From a virus (Duplodnaviria > Caudoviricetes): 64,000 bases of DNA. The notes beneath the pieces were generated by a model that saw only the letters and a list, made by a program, of their open reading frames with translations, had not been told where the DNA came from and did no database searches. Shown here one piece after another: positions 7,476-17,584 of this stretch (position 1 is the first letter of the stretch; every line of letters begins with the position of its first letter). The position numbers were made by a program, and so were the translations under genes. The stretch spans positions 64,001-128,000 of IMG/VR virus record IMGVR_UViG_3300028914_000061; one strand, written 5' to 3'.

Positions 7476-7913
7476 ATGTGTACAATTGTTAAAAGCAGAA
7501 TTTCAAAACGTAGTGAAGGAGATTTAGTATGCTACAAAATTCTTGAAATTGAGTTTGGAAATAGAGTTTATCAAACTCCTTTCACTTATTTTCCTGTTTC
7601 AACGGATATTATTAATGGTAAAGAGCCTTTAATTGCCAAAAATAAGAAGCCATTAAGAAAGTGTCAGTTTGAAAATGGAGCATATTGGAGTGTTAATAGC
7701 GGATATATCCACACATATATGGATTTGGAATGTGCTAAAAACAAAATCTTATCATTAAGAGAAACATATGACACCTCAATATTCACTTTGTTCAAATGTG
7801 TCATTCCAAAAGGAACAAAATACTATGTTGGATTTAATGATGGATTCCTGCTTGAAGAAGCGGAAACATATGCATCTGAGAAAATTTCATTTGTTGAGCA
7901 AGTAGATTTTTAA
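7476..7913 (+). CDS. MCL/CYK/IPKGT family paralog 2
   Basis: Same motifs. Confidence 0.85.
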   Translation: MCTIVKSRISKRSEGDLVCYKILEIEFGNRVYQTPFTYFPVSTDIINGKEPLIAKNKKPLRKCQFENGAYWSVNSGYIHTYMDLECAKNKILSLRETYDTSIFTLFKCVIPKGTKYYVGFNDGFLLEEAETYASEKISFVEQVDF

Positions 7914-7915
7914 TT

Positions 7916-8347
7916 ATGTGCTTATTTTCAAGAATTAAAACAAACGCAAAAAAAGATTTGATTTGCTATAAAATTATTGAACGTTACAAGAATTTTTATG
8001 GCGAATATTGCTATAAAACGCCATTCCAAGGCACTCCTGTTTCCATTAAAGTGATAGAGGGTCAAGAATTTAAGCCTGACCCATTTATATCTATAGGTGC
8101 TGATAGAAAATCAGATGGTCATTATGAGGTTTATGATGGATTTATCCACTCATATAAAACAAGATGGAAAGCAAGAAAAATGGCAAAATACATACGAGAA
8201 ACCCTTTTTAAAGGTGAAGATAGATGGTATGACGTGTATAAATGCATTATTCCAAAAGGAACTGAATATTTTGATGGCGTTGATGAAAACGGGTTCGGTG
8301 CTTATGCTTCAAAATCAATTAAAATTATCAAAAAGACATGTGCTTAA
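7916..8347 (+). CDS. MCL/CYK/IPKGT family paralog 3
   Basis: Same motifs. Confidence 0.85.
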   Translation: MCLFSRIKTNAKKDLICYKIIERYKNFYGEYCYKTPFQGTPVSIKVIEGQEFKPDPFISIGADRKSDGHYEVYDGFIHSYKTRWKARKMAKYIRETLFKGEDRWYDVYKCIIPKGTEYFDGVDENGFGAYASKSIKIIKKTCA

Positions 8348-8826
8348 TTTGTACTGATTCAATAAGAAGAGAAGCGTTTGAAGACATTATGTGCTTCAAA
8401 GTGCTTAAACTGTCATCAATTGGCTACATGACACCTTGTGTAGAGGCTGTAATTTATGATGAAGACAATGTTTTGCACCATAAAAAGCCATTTGTCGCAT
8501 CTGACGAAGTTGAAATAGTACACACACAAAATGGCCTTGAAATAAATAACGGATATATCCATGTATTCCGAAAATTGGAAGATGCTGCCGTATATTCAAA
8601 GTATCTTGAAAGTATTGATGACACCAATTCGCCAATGAGAGTGTTCAGGTGTATGATTCCGAAAGGAACTGTATATTTCCAAGGATATTATGAACACTAT
8701 GGACCAAGAGATTCATTTGCAGCAAAGCAGATTGTATTTATTGAGCAAATGCAATTGAATTTTTTAAACTGTGATGAATTTGGGTATAACCTAAATATGC
8801 CACGAAGAGATTTCTATTATAACTAA
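8338..8826 (+). CDS. MCL/CYK/IPKGT family paralog 4
   Basis: Same motifs. Confidence 0.85.
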   Translation: MCLICTDSIRREAFEDIMCFKVLKLSSIGYMTPCVEAVIYDEDNVLHHKKPFVASDEVEIVHTQNGLEINNGYIHVFRKLEDAAVYSKYLESIDDTNSPMRVFRCMIPKGTVYFQGYYEHYGPRDSFAAKQIVFIEQMQLNFLNCDEFGYNLNMPRRDFYYN

Positions 8827-8858
8827 AAAGGCAACTAACAATTGCCTTTCTTTTTTTT
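8826..8858 (+). terminator. Intrinsic terminator
   Basis: AAAGGCAA/TTGCCTTT followed by T tract. Confidence 0.7.
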
Positions 8859-8930
8859 AAATAAGGTGCTATTTAATTGCGCTTAATTAGATATTTATAT
8901 AAAAAATAAGATTAAAACAAAAAGATAAAT

Positions 8931-10412
8931 ATGCCAGGATTTGTAAGAAGAGGATGGGGACAAGGCGCTCAACAAAAGCCAGCCGGTGCTCCACAAGATG
9001 ACAGATGGTCTTTAAACGCAAAATTTGCACAATATACAGATAAAGGAAACCTTGTATTCAAATTATCAGGTTTCAAATACGAAGACATTGAAAAAGTAAA
9101 CAAAATCAAGCCTGATGTTTTCAAGGTTTTGAAGAACGAAAAGACAGGTTCAATTTGCTTAATTGTAAAACCAACGGCACTTGAAGATTTCAAGAACGTA
9201 TTGCCTACATTGGTTGATGAATTGAGAAAGTTCAATCACTATAACGACAAGTCTCTTGATGAGTTTGAAGAAAAGATTCTTTCAATTATTGAAAAAACTC
9301 CTACACAAGAAGAACTTGCAGCAAACGAAAAGACAGTTATTTCCAACTGGAAACAATTGCTTGAAACATTGAATGACCCTGAAACTAAAAAGAAATTCTT
9401 GGCATTCCAAACAACTTATATTTGCCAAAACTCATTCAGTGATGCTGCTTTGTCACCATCAAACGTTGTTGAAGTTAGATTGGCAGACCCACAAGCATCA
9501 TTCGTTACAGATGCTGCTACATGGAAAAACAGATTTAACCGTGTAATCACACCAGGTTCACCTTTTGTTATTATTACAAAGCCTGAGCAATCAATCCCGC
9601 CAATTAAGTTATTGGAAGCAGACCCTGTTGTAAGAGGTAAAGGTGGATGGAACAAATTGTGTAAAGATTCAGGTGGTCCATGGTACGGTGAAGCATGGGC
9701 AGCAATCAAGCGTGTTAGAATCAAGAACAACTTGAGAACAACTTACTATAAATCAAAAGTTTATGACGTTAGATTCACACAGCCTATTGACCCTAATAAT
9801 GACCCGTTCTTGAAAGTTGCTAACTTGGTCAATAACTTGACAGGTGAACTTAACCAAGTTGCTAAGGAAATGATGATGAAGAACGCTGCACTTACTGGTC
9901 AAGAAAAGCCTGACTTTGAAGCAAAGAAAGAAGGTCTTCAAACAAGTGATGAATTGATGAAATATAAACAATATATTTTGGCAAAATGTAAGTCAAAGAA
10001 AATTGATATTCCTGAAGTCGGTTCAGACAATGAAATCATTGCAAGCGCAATTTATGCATACGCATACAAGATTGCTGAGGAATACAATGTTTTGTCACCA
10101 AAGGCTAAAGGTGCTTTCGCATCAGCAGTTCTTTACAGTGTCGCTTACAGCATCGGCCTTGAATCATCAAAGGTTTCACAAGCAGCTGACATCTTCGGAA
10201 AGATTAGTCCTGAAGAAGGTGAGGAATTAATTCAAAAGACTTTTGAAATATACAAACAATTGGCAACACACCAAGTAAATGAATCAATGGGTAATGGCAT
10301 CATGTCATTTGAACAATACCATGAACTTATGTCTAAGTTATTGCCAAGCAGAGAAACCATCAAACAAAGATTTGATGAAATGAATGACAGATTAAACAAC
10401 GTTGAATTTTAA
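8931..10412 (+). CDS. Protein with central ArdC-like ssDNA-binding domain
   Basis: LSPSN..ADPQASFV....WK.RFNRVI.PG...IITKP and VYDVRFTQ resemble ArdC-N; TATTTAT upstream. Confidence 0.65.
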   Translation: MPGFVRRGWGQGAQQKPAGAPQDDRWSLNAKFAQYTDKGNLVFKLSGFKYEDIEKVNKIKPDVFKVLKNEKTGSICLIVKPTALEDFKNVLPTLVDELRKFNHYNDKSLDEFEEKILSIIEKTPTQEELAANEKTVISNWKQLLETLNDPETKKKFLAFQTTYICQNSFSDAALSPSNVVEVRLADPQASFVTDAATWKNRFNRVITPGSPFVIITKPEQSIPPIKLLEADPVVRGKGGWNKLCKDSGGPWYGEAWAAIKRVRIKNNLRTTYYKSKVYDVRFTQPIDPNNDPFLKVANLVNNLTGELNQVAKEMMMKNAALTGQEKPDFEAKKEGLQTSDELMKYKQYILAKCKSKKIDIPEVGSDNEIIASAIYAYAYKIAEEYNVLSPKAKGAFASAVLYSVAYSIGLESSKVSQAADIFGKISPEEGEELIQKTFEIYKQLATHQVNESMGNGIMSFEQYHELMSKLLPSRETIKQRFDEMNDRLNNVEF

Positions 10413-12412
10413 TGTACACATATACAGTAGGTAAGAAAAGTCAAATAGATAGCGTATTCACTAATGGTTATAGCAGACAATTCGCAGGTGAGGCTGAAGG
10501 AGTTGACTATGGCATTGGTGTATATTGCAATATTTCCTACAATGACAAAGAAACGCCTGTTGAATCTTTAGCAAGGTACAGAAGAGACCCACAAAACAAC
10601 TGCATATTCAGAAATGAATTGAAAGGTGGTCTTGACAGATTCTTGATTTTCGATGAAAGATTTGCAAGAAAAGTATATGGAGAACATTATCTTATAAAGG
10701 ACCAAGTATTTGCTTTGTTCCCTGAGAATGTGGCTAAAAATTTATGGAATGACATGAAATATTACATGTCTCTTGATACGTCACCTGAAGGTAATGGAAA
10801 CCATATGAAAGGCAGAACAGCAGGATTGCTTCAATTCATGATGTCAAAACACCTTAGAGGAAATGTTGCAAACCCAAAGAAATACGAAAGCATCTTTGGA
10901 CAATACAATGTAAGAGGCGCTATCTATAGAGGTAGGGGTGATGGTTTCTGCATGGTTGTTTATAACTATGATGAAATCGTTCCTGTTGGATATTCTCTTG
11001 ACGGTGGTAGAACCTACAAAATGAAAACCGTTCAATATACATATCCTGATGTCGTAAGGAAATTAAGGCATAAATACAGAAAAGTAGATTATCCAATTGC
11101 ATTGCAAGGCGATGATAGGGTATATTATTTTGCAAAAGTCCAAAAAGAAAACGGCAAATGGAATTACATTGACGCATCAACTGGCCAGGAAATATCAGTT
11201 GTTGATTTTGATTCTTGTACGTCAATAAATCCAAATGATGGAATGTTCCAAGTTGAATATAAAGGAAAATTCTACCAAGCATGCCCTGATGGTTTTTTCG
11301 ATGAGAACGATGAGGGCCATACATGGGATGAGTTACCAATGTTCGATGAAGAATTTTTAGGTGATATTGATGAAGAGACAAAACAATATGATAAGATGCT
11401 AACAGAAAGCATTAAAAATGTTCTTGGAGAATTTTCCATGTATTATAATATGTTAAATGAAGATATTGACGAAAATATGGAAGATGAAATAGCATATTAT
11501 CATTATGACGTTCCGGATAAGTCATATTTCGATTCGCCAAAAATTCCATCTATCTACCATGTAACAGAATCAAACGTAGTGAATGACATCTTCAGAAATG
11601 GACTTGACAGAGAGTTTTTGAGAACATTCGTATATGGTAAAGGCGTTTATGCCGCATACAGTGTCGAAGATTCTAAGAACCAATTAGGGCCTTACGGAAA
11701 TGTAATTCTTCAATTGAAATTAATCGGTGGCTATGACAGATTCATAATATTCCCAAATAGCGAACAGACAAAGAGAATTGCTATGAAATATTATGGCCAT
11801 AACATTGATATATTCGACCAACTCAAATCATTCTTGCCATATAAAGAAGCAAAGGATTTGTACGAAAGATGTGGTAATAGAATTGAAGCATATTCACACT
11901 ATGCATCAAAATACCATCTAAGAGGCGCAATATATCAATGGGGACCAACCGTTGCTGTATTGCCTTATGACTTTTCTTCAGTTGTCCCATATGCGGTATC
12001 AATGGATAGAGGAATGACTTTCAAAAAGAAATTCGATGAAAGAACTTGGGAAAGATTCCTTACAAACGTTGATGTTGAATGGAGATACGGAAGAAAGTAC
12101 AAGAAAGTGGAAAAGCCAATTCTTGGATATAACGCTGATGGACAAAAGACAGGCTATTCAAGAGCCCAAAAACATAACGGAAAATGGAATATCATAGACA
12201 TACAGACAGGAAATGAAGAATTGCCATTTGACTTCGATTCATTAACAACCATGAATCCAAACAACGGTGAATTCCAAGCAGAATACAACGGAGAAATATT
12301 CAATGCATGCCTTGACGGTTTCTATGACAATAACGGTGATGGACACCCATGGGATGAACTTGAAGAATACTTGGCGAACAACAAAGAAGATTTTAGCGAC
12401 ATAGATTTCTAA
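10412..12412 (+). CDS. Tandem PARP-like ADP-ribosyltransferase domains, each followed by a WG-like repeat
   Basis: YHVT..IFRNG..YGKGVY and degenerate copy YTVG..FTNG..YGIGVY; NGKWNxID..G.E..FD twice. Confidence 0.7.
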   Translation: MYTYTVGKKSQIDSVFTNGYSRQFAGEAEGVDYGIGVYCNISYNDKETPVESLARYRRDPQNNCIFRNELKGGLDRFLIFDERFARKVYGEHYLIKDQVFALFPENVAKNLWNDMKYYMSLDTSPEGNGNHMKGRTAGLLQFMMSKHLRGNVANPKKYESIFGQYNVRGAIYRGRGDGFCMVVYNYDEIVPVGYSLDGGRTYKMKTVQYTYPDVVRKLRHKYRKVDYPIALQGDDRVYYFAKVQKENGKWNYIDASTGQEISVVDFDSCTSINPNDGMFQVEYKGKFYQACPDGFFDENDEGHTWDELPMFDEEFLGDIDEETKQYDKMLTESIKNVLGEFSMYYNMLNEDIDENMEDEIAYYHYDVPDKSYFDSPKIPSIYHVTESNVVNDIFRNGLDREFLRTFVYGKGVYAAYSVEDSKNQLGPYGNVILQLKLIGGYDRFIIFPNSEQTKRIAMKYYGHNIDIFDQLKSFLPYKEAKDLYERCGNRIEAYSHYASKYHLRGAIYQWGPTVAVLPYDFSSVVPYAVSMDRGMTFKKKFDERTWERFLTNVDVEWRYGRKYKKVEKPILGYNADGQKTGYSRAQKHNGKWNIIDIQTGNEELPFDFDSLTTMNPNNGEFQAEYNGEIFNACLDGFYDNNGDGHPWDELEEYLANNKEDFSDIDF

Positions 12413-12430
12413 CATGTATATTATAAATGT

Positions 12431-12463
12431 AAGGTCAGTCTTGTAAAAGGCTGACTTTTTTTT
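12431..12463 (+). terminator. Intrinsic terminator
   Basis: GGTCAGTCTT/AAGGCTGACT followed by T tract. Confidence 0.75.
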
Positions 12464-12509
12464 GTTTTATTCAAATTTGTTTTGTATATTAAAAGCAAAT
12501 ATGTGAATT

Positions 12510-12713
12510 ATGACAATAGAATTCAGGAATAGAGACGATGATTATATCAAGCAGTGGCCAAATTGGACAGGAGCAATTCCGCTTAAAGGCGATACAGTTG
12601 TCATTCACTTTGGAGATTATGCTGAGGCATCATATTCATACGAGGTAGAAGAACGAATCATTGACGGAACAAATCCTGATAAGGTAGTTCTTATTATTAA
12701 TTATGAAATTTAA
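12510..12713 (+). CDS. Hypothetical protein
   Basis: ORF after class II promoter. Confidence 0.7.
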   Translation: MTIEFRNRDDDYIKQWPNWTGAIPLKGDTVVIHFGDYAEASYSYEVEERIIDGTNPDKVVLIINYEI

Positions 12714-13308
12714 TAAATTATTTTTTAATATTAAAAATTTTAATAGAATGAAAAATGTTTTAGATTCAAAATTTGAAGAACTTCATCGCCTTATTATTAA
12801 AGAAGGCAAAAAAGACAGCAAAATTGAAAAAAAGCAAATTGAGATTTTATCTACTATTCTTGGTAAACTAAAATCTTATTATGGAAGAAAAGTTGAAATT
12901 GATTACACTAGATTCAACACTAAACTTAAAGAAAATTGGTATAGAATTGACCAAAATGGAGTTATTAAGCAAGGTGACTACAAAGATTGTGGAAACAAAT
13001 GGTATGATTCAAAAACATTTGATGCAATTATTGATTTAATAATTGGAAACAAAGAATATTCATTATTTTTTGTTTTAAAAAGCGCACAAGAAGCAGGTGG
13101 CACACAAGATTATGCAATTAAAGAAATTGGACAATATTCAAAATCAATGCAAAAAAACACAGATGAAAACTTACATTTTGTTTTTGTACTTGATGGCGAG
13201 TACATAAATTCAGAAATAGACAAACTGGATAAAAGCAATAAATACGAAACTTGTACTTCTGAAACATTAGAGAATTCACTTAAATCATTCATCAACTCAA
13301 AACTTTAA
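12703..13308 (+). CDS. Putative PD-(D/E)XK restriction-endonuclease-like protein
   Basis: KTFDAI..FVLK...GGTQD..FVLDG, next to an MTase. Confidence 0.5.
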   Translation: MKFNKLFFNIKNFNRMKNVLDSKFEELHRLIIKEGKKDSKIEKKQIEILSTILGKLKSYYGRKVEIDYTRFNTKLKENWYRIDQNGVIKQGDYKDCGNKWYDSKTFDAIIDLIIGNKEYSLFFVLKSAQEAGGTQDYAIKEIGQYSKSMQKNTDENLHFVFVLDGEYINSEIDKLDKSNKYETCTSETLENSLKSFINSKL

Positions 13309-13313
13309 TCACA

Positions 13314-14615
13314 ATGGCAAAAATTAAAAATAAGCTTGAAAACGATAATAGCCATTATTTTACACAATGGGGCTCTAGAAATGTAAAACTTACATTTAAC
13401 GAAGAAATGGACAATATACTTGGCGCAAAGCCTACCATTGCAGGTGTGTCATTTAAAGAAGAAATTGTTGGAAATACGAATACAATGGAAACATTTAATG
13501 ACGGGATGATTCCAAGCCATACTAGAGTTAGAGATATGTACAAAATTGGACGAACCATGTCTGATAATCATGGCGTTTCAATTTGCGGTGTTGGACAAAT
13601 TGAGTCAATTGTGGCCGGTAGAAAATCGGCAAAGGCAATTGGAACTTTAACAGTAAAAGTTGTGTATAATGGCGAATATAGCGTTTTTACTTGCATAGCA
13701 AATGGAAAAGATTTTTCAATTAACTGTGAATATGATGAGCCAAAACCATGTGACGAACCGAATTGCATAAAGAAAACATTCGAAGGCCAAAAAAAACTTA
13801 CAAAAAAAGAATTGGAAGAATTAAAAATAATTGCTGCGATAAAAATTTATCCATATTCTTTAGAAAATCCAAATTTTAAATTTTATTTTAATAACGAACT
13901 ACTTGACCCATTTGATGTTATGTATGGTGATGTTGTTGATGACAGATTGAAAAGGTTCAAAAAGGATTATAATCTTAAATTTCATAACAAAACAATATCT
14001 TGTAAACTACATATGATTGATTGTGCAAGATATGTAAAACCAAACGGGTTTGAAATTGACGAAGATAACGCAAACGATTTTGACAAATTTTATAGAATGT
14101 CAAGTGATTGCACCGGCGCTTTTGTTAACTATGACAATAATCTTGTTATGTATGGCGGTGAATCTTCGTGGGGGTTCTTTGGAGATAAATACCATTCAAC
14201 ACACAACGGGCAAAAAGTAATGCTTACTTTTGGATGTAATAATGACTTAAAATCTGAAATATTTTCAGAAAGTCCCGACAAGAAAAATGTAAAATTCGGA
14301 ATTCAAGATGTTGTTGATTACGATGGAACAAAAATCTTTGAAGAGGTTATTTCAGATATTAACGAACATATTGAACAATGGACAGAAGAACGTTCAAAAG
14401 TTGATGAAAATGGTGAAAAAATAGATAGTGAAAGTGAAAAGAAAATATACGAAAGCATTTTACAAGATGAAAAAATTGCAAATTTATTAAAAAATTTGTA
14501 CACTTCTTTAAGTAAAGAACAGTTTTTCGTTTTTTCAAAGAAAAAAATGAACACCATTTTCAATGATACAGGGTGTACTAAAAATAAGTGTGTACAATGC
14601 AAATTAAATGTCTAA
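13314..14615 (+). CDS. Divergent GHKL/MORC-like ATPase-fold protein
   Basis: EEMDNILGA, FNDGM, SICGVGQ resemble GHKL motifs I-III. Confidence 0.5.
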   Translation: MAKIKNKLENDNSHYFTQWGSRNVKLTFNEEMDNILGAKPTIAGVSFKEEIVGNTNTMETFNDGMIPSHTRVRDMYKIGRTMSDNHGVSICGVGQIESIVAGRKSAKAIGTLTVKVVYNGEYSVFTCIANGKDFSINCEYDEPKPCDEPNCIKKTFEGQKKLTKKELEELKIIAAIKIYPYSLENPNFKFYFNNELLDPFDVMYGDVVDDRLKRFKKDYNLKFHNKTISCKLHMIDCARYVKPNGFEIDEDNANDFDKFYRMSSDCTGAFVNYDNNLVMYGGESSWGFFGDKYHSTHNGQKVMLTFGCNNDLKSEIFSESPDKKNVKFGIQDVVDYDGTKIFEEVISDINEHIEQWTEERSKVDENGEKIDSESEKKIYESILQDEKIANLLKNLYTSLSKEQFFVFSKKKMNTIFNDTGCTKNKCVQCKLNV

Positions 14616-15587
14616 TAAACGTGAATTAGGACAATACTATACAATAGAAAATCCATTTAACCATCCACTCTTTCATGAATGGATGGATTTTGTGGATAAA
14701 AACATTCAAATATTGGAACCGTTTGCTGGTGCAAACAATATTTTGAAACTTGTTGAAGAAAGTGGATATAATTTAAATTGGTCATGTTATGACATTAGTC
14801 CATCAGACAAACCTGTATATGAATGTAACATAACAAAACAAGACACAATAGAGAATTTTCCATTAGGATATGAAACTTGTATAACAAATCCACCATATCT
14901 TGGAAAAAGTTCAGCAAGAAGAAGGCACATAGATTATCCATGGGAAGAAGATGACCTATATAAAGTATGCATGAATCTTATTTTGGACAATTGCAATTAT
15001 GCTGCATTAATCATACCTGAAAGTTTCATAACATCAGACATTCATCACAAGACTGAAAACACAAAAAGACTATGGGGAGTTATATCACTTACAAACAAAA
15101 TGTTTAATGACACTAATTGCCCTGTTTGCCTTGCAATGTTACACCTGAAGGAACTGATAACGTAAAAGTATATTCAAATGACATTTTTCTTGGAACGTTG
15201 TCAGAATTGCAAAATATTGATGTAACAGGATGTACAACTTCAAATCAGTGGGTGTTCAATGATAAAGAAGGAAATATAGGAGTTAAAACAGTTGACGGTC
15301 AAATAGAATCTGATTGCAAATTTTTCCATGGAGAAGAAATAGACCCATCATTGATTAAAATATCAAGTAGAGCATTCTCAAGAATATCCGGCCTACCATC
15401 AAACATTGACCGTGATGAATTTATCCATGAATGTAACAATATACTCAACGAATACAGGGAACAGACAAAAGACGTAATGCTTACATCATTCAAGGGCCTT
15501 AGAAAAGATGGAAAATATAGAAGAAGACTTGACTTCAAAACAGTTAAATGCATAATGAATAAAGCATTAATAAATTTGAAAAAGTAA
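14608..15587 (+). pseudogene. N6-adenine DNA methyltransferase split by a 1-nt frameshift near 15139
   Basis: GQYYT, EPFAG, NPPY; one extra T in GCAATGTT-ACACCT joins the two ORFs (CLAMFTPEGTD). Confidence 0.75.
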
Positions 15588-15593
15588 AAACAA

Positions 15594-15643
15594 TAATCCC
15601 TAATAGAGTACTGTTAATTCAGTTTTTCTATTAGGGATTTTTT
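15594..15643. terminator. Bidirectional terminator
   Basis: AATCCCTAATAG/CTATTAGGGATT. Confidence 0.75.
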
Positions 15644-15645
15644 CT

Positions 15646-16788
15646 TTATTGAAGCGGTGAGTATAAACCTAAATTCATATCAGGTGTAATCTCGGCATCA
15701 CCATTCATTTCCATGTTCTTCATACCCTCGTTGGCAATAAACTCATCTATGACTTCGTTTATTATGCTTTTCATGTCTTTTTTGCCCTCGCTGACATAAT
15801 TTGACGGGTTGCTTATAATCCTACTAACTGTTTCGTCACTCATCTTTGGAAAACGTTCCTTAATTTTGCTTATTAATTCGCTCTCAGACGTGAATTCACA
15901 TTCAAATGACCCATTAGTCGTTTTTATCACAAAAATGCGTCTGGGGGCCATTTCTGCGTCTATATCGGCATTATTATCATTATCATTTCCATCATCTTCT
16001 CCAATATTCAATAATTTTTTCAATTCATCTATCCAAGGCTTGTCTGTAATATCCCAATATCTCCATGTTCTCATTATTTTAGTATAGCCTTTTGAAAACA
16101 AAAAATCAATTACATCTGAATTGTTTGTAACAATACTTGGTTCACCTTTTTTTGAATGATGAAGACTTATTGAATTAACCAAATTTTGGTCCTTTGAAAT
16201 TGTCAAACGTATTTCTCCATTTTTAAGGAACGTAACAACAGCATATGATGCTGATTTCTTATTTGCAAGCCTCTTTTCTTTTCTTGCTTTCATTTCATCG
16301 TTCAATTCCAATTCTGACATCTGTTCGGCGCTTGCAAGCCTTTGTATGGTAAACAAGCCATTGGACCTTGCTGATACAATTTGGCCTATCTCCCTAAATT
16401 CCCTACCATGGGCTTGTGTAGGAGCCCAACCATACATATATGTATAATAGTGGCACATCTCATGGGCCAAAGTACAAAGGAATCCATGTTCAGTACCTGA
16501 ATAATTTCCATTCAATTCAATTTTAGGAATACATATATTAACAAAATTATCTTTGTCAATATATTCCCTATTGTAATAATTGTCTTGGTACATTCTCCTT
16601 GTACGCCTGTCTATCCTAATTCTGCTTCCTGTAATCTTAAACCAACCAAGAACACCACCACCTGAGCCTCTTCCTGTTGTGAATATTCCAAATTTACACT
16701 CCATCAAACGCCCATTGAATAATGTGGCATTTAATTCATCATACTTCTCAGACATCCATTGCTCGTTTGGAACAAAATTCTTTTCCAT
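15646..16788 (-). CDS. SprT-like zinc metalloprotease
   Basis: YDELNATLFNG..TLAHEMCH..AHGREF. Confidence 0.85.
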   Translation of the reverse strand: MEKNFVPNEQWMSEKYDELNATLFNGRLMECKFGIFTTGRGSGGGVLGWFKITGSRIRIDRRTRRMYQDNYYNREYIDKDNFVNICIPKIELNGNYSGTEHGFLCTLAHEMCHYYTYMYGWAPTQAHGREFREIGQIVSARSNGLFTIQRLASAEQMSELELNDEMKARKEKRLANKKSASYAVVTFLKNGEIRLTISKDQNLVNSISLHHSKKGEPSIVTNNSDVIDFLFSKGYTKIMRTWRYWDITDKPWIDELKKLLNIGEDDGNDNDNNADIDAEMAPRRIFVIKTTNGSFECEFTSESELISKIKERFPKMSDETVSRIISNPSNYVSEGKKDMKSIINEVIDEFIANEGMKNMEMNGDAEITPDMNLGLYSPLQ

Positions 16789-16797
16789 ATAAAAATT

Positions 16798-17118
16798 TTA
16801 TTTATTCAATCCATTATATTTTTCACCTAACATATCAGATACTATAGTTTCACAATATTCCTTGAATCCACCAGGATATTGTGATTTATATTCGTCATCC
16901 AAATCATTTTCCCATTCCTCTAATAAATGACGATAGAACTGAAATATTTCTTCCTCATCATCCCTGTACCTGTCTTCTATCTCTCTGTACATAGACAAAA
17001 AATCTTCAGGAGAATAATCATCATCATTATCATTGTTAAAATAGTTCTCATTTAACAATTTAATAACAGACCCTGAAATAACACGTGCCAATCGTGATTC
17101 ATTTATATTAATTTTCAT
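16798..17118 (-). CDS. Acidic hypothetical, probable virion protein
   Basis: MKININESRL..LLNEN, CTATTTAT upstream. Confidence 0.75.
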   Translation of the reverse strand: MKININESRLARVISGSVIKLLNENYFNNDNDDDYSPEDFLSMYREIEDRYRDDEEEIFQFYRHLLEEWENDLDDEYKSQYPGGFKEYCETIVSDMLGEKYNGLNK

Positions 17119-17159
17119 TATATTTCATTTTCACATAAATAGTCTAATTTTACACTAAA

Positions 17160-17440
17160 AAAATATATGGAAAAATTTTTTCGAAAAGTAGTACCTACTG
17201 AAAAAAAAGACCCCCCCCTCATGGAAAATCGTTTTTTTTAGGTGTTATCCGTGGAATTTTTTTTGAATTTTAATTTTAATTGGTCTTACCCTACGTTTGG
17301 CCGAAATTTCCGGAAAAAATTTTCACACGCAATTGTGCGGGCCTATTTGAAAAAAGTGCCGTGGGGGACTCGGTGAGGGGGATAACGCCACCACATAGCC
17401 CCCATATAGCCCCCACAAGTATATTTTTTTCTTCCATATT
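17160..17440. other. Non-coding boundary with G/C homopolymers (candidate genome end, pac site or origin)
   Basis: No credible ORF; C7, G5 and A/T tracts; separates divergent gene blocks. Confidence 0.4.
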
Positions 17441-17584
17441 GTTGCAGTTTGGCACGATTGTTGCAGTGTATTGTAGTGTTCATTCTGTTCTTGATTAAGG
17501 AAACAAAAAAAAAGTTTCAAGCCGTGAGCAGTTTGGCACAATTATTGTAAGAGTAATAGTATAACCAATTAAAATTAAAAAGTC

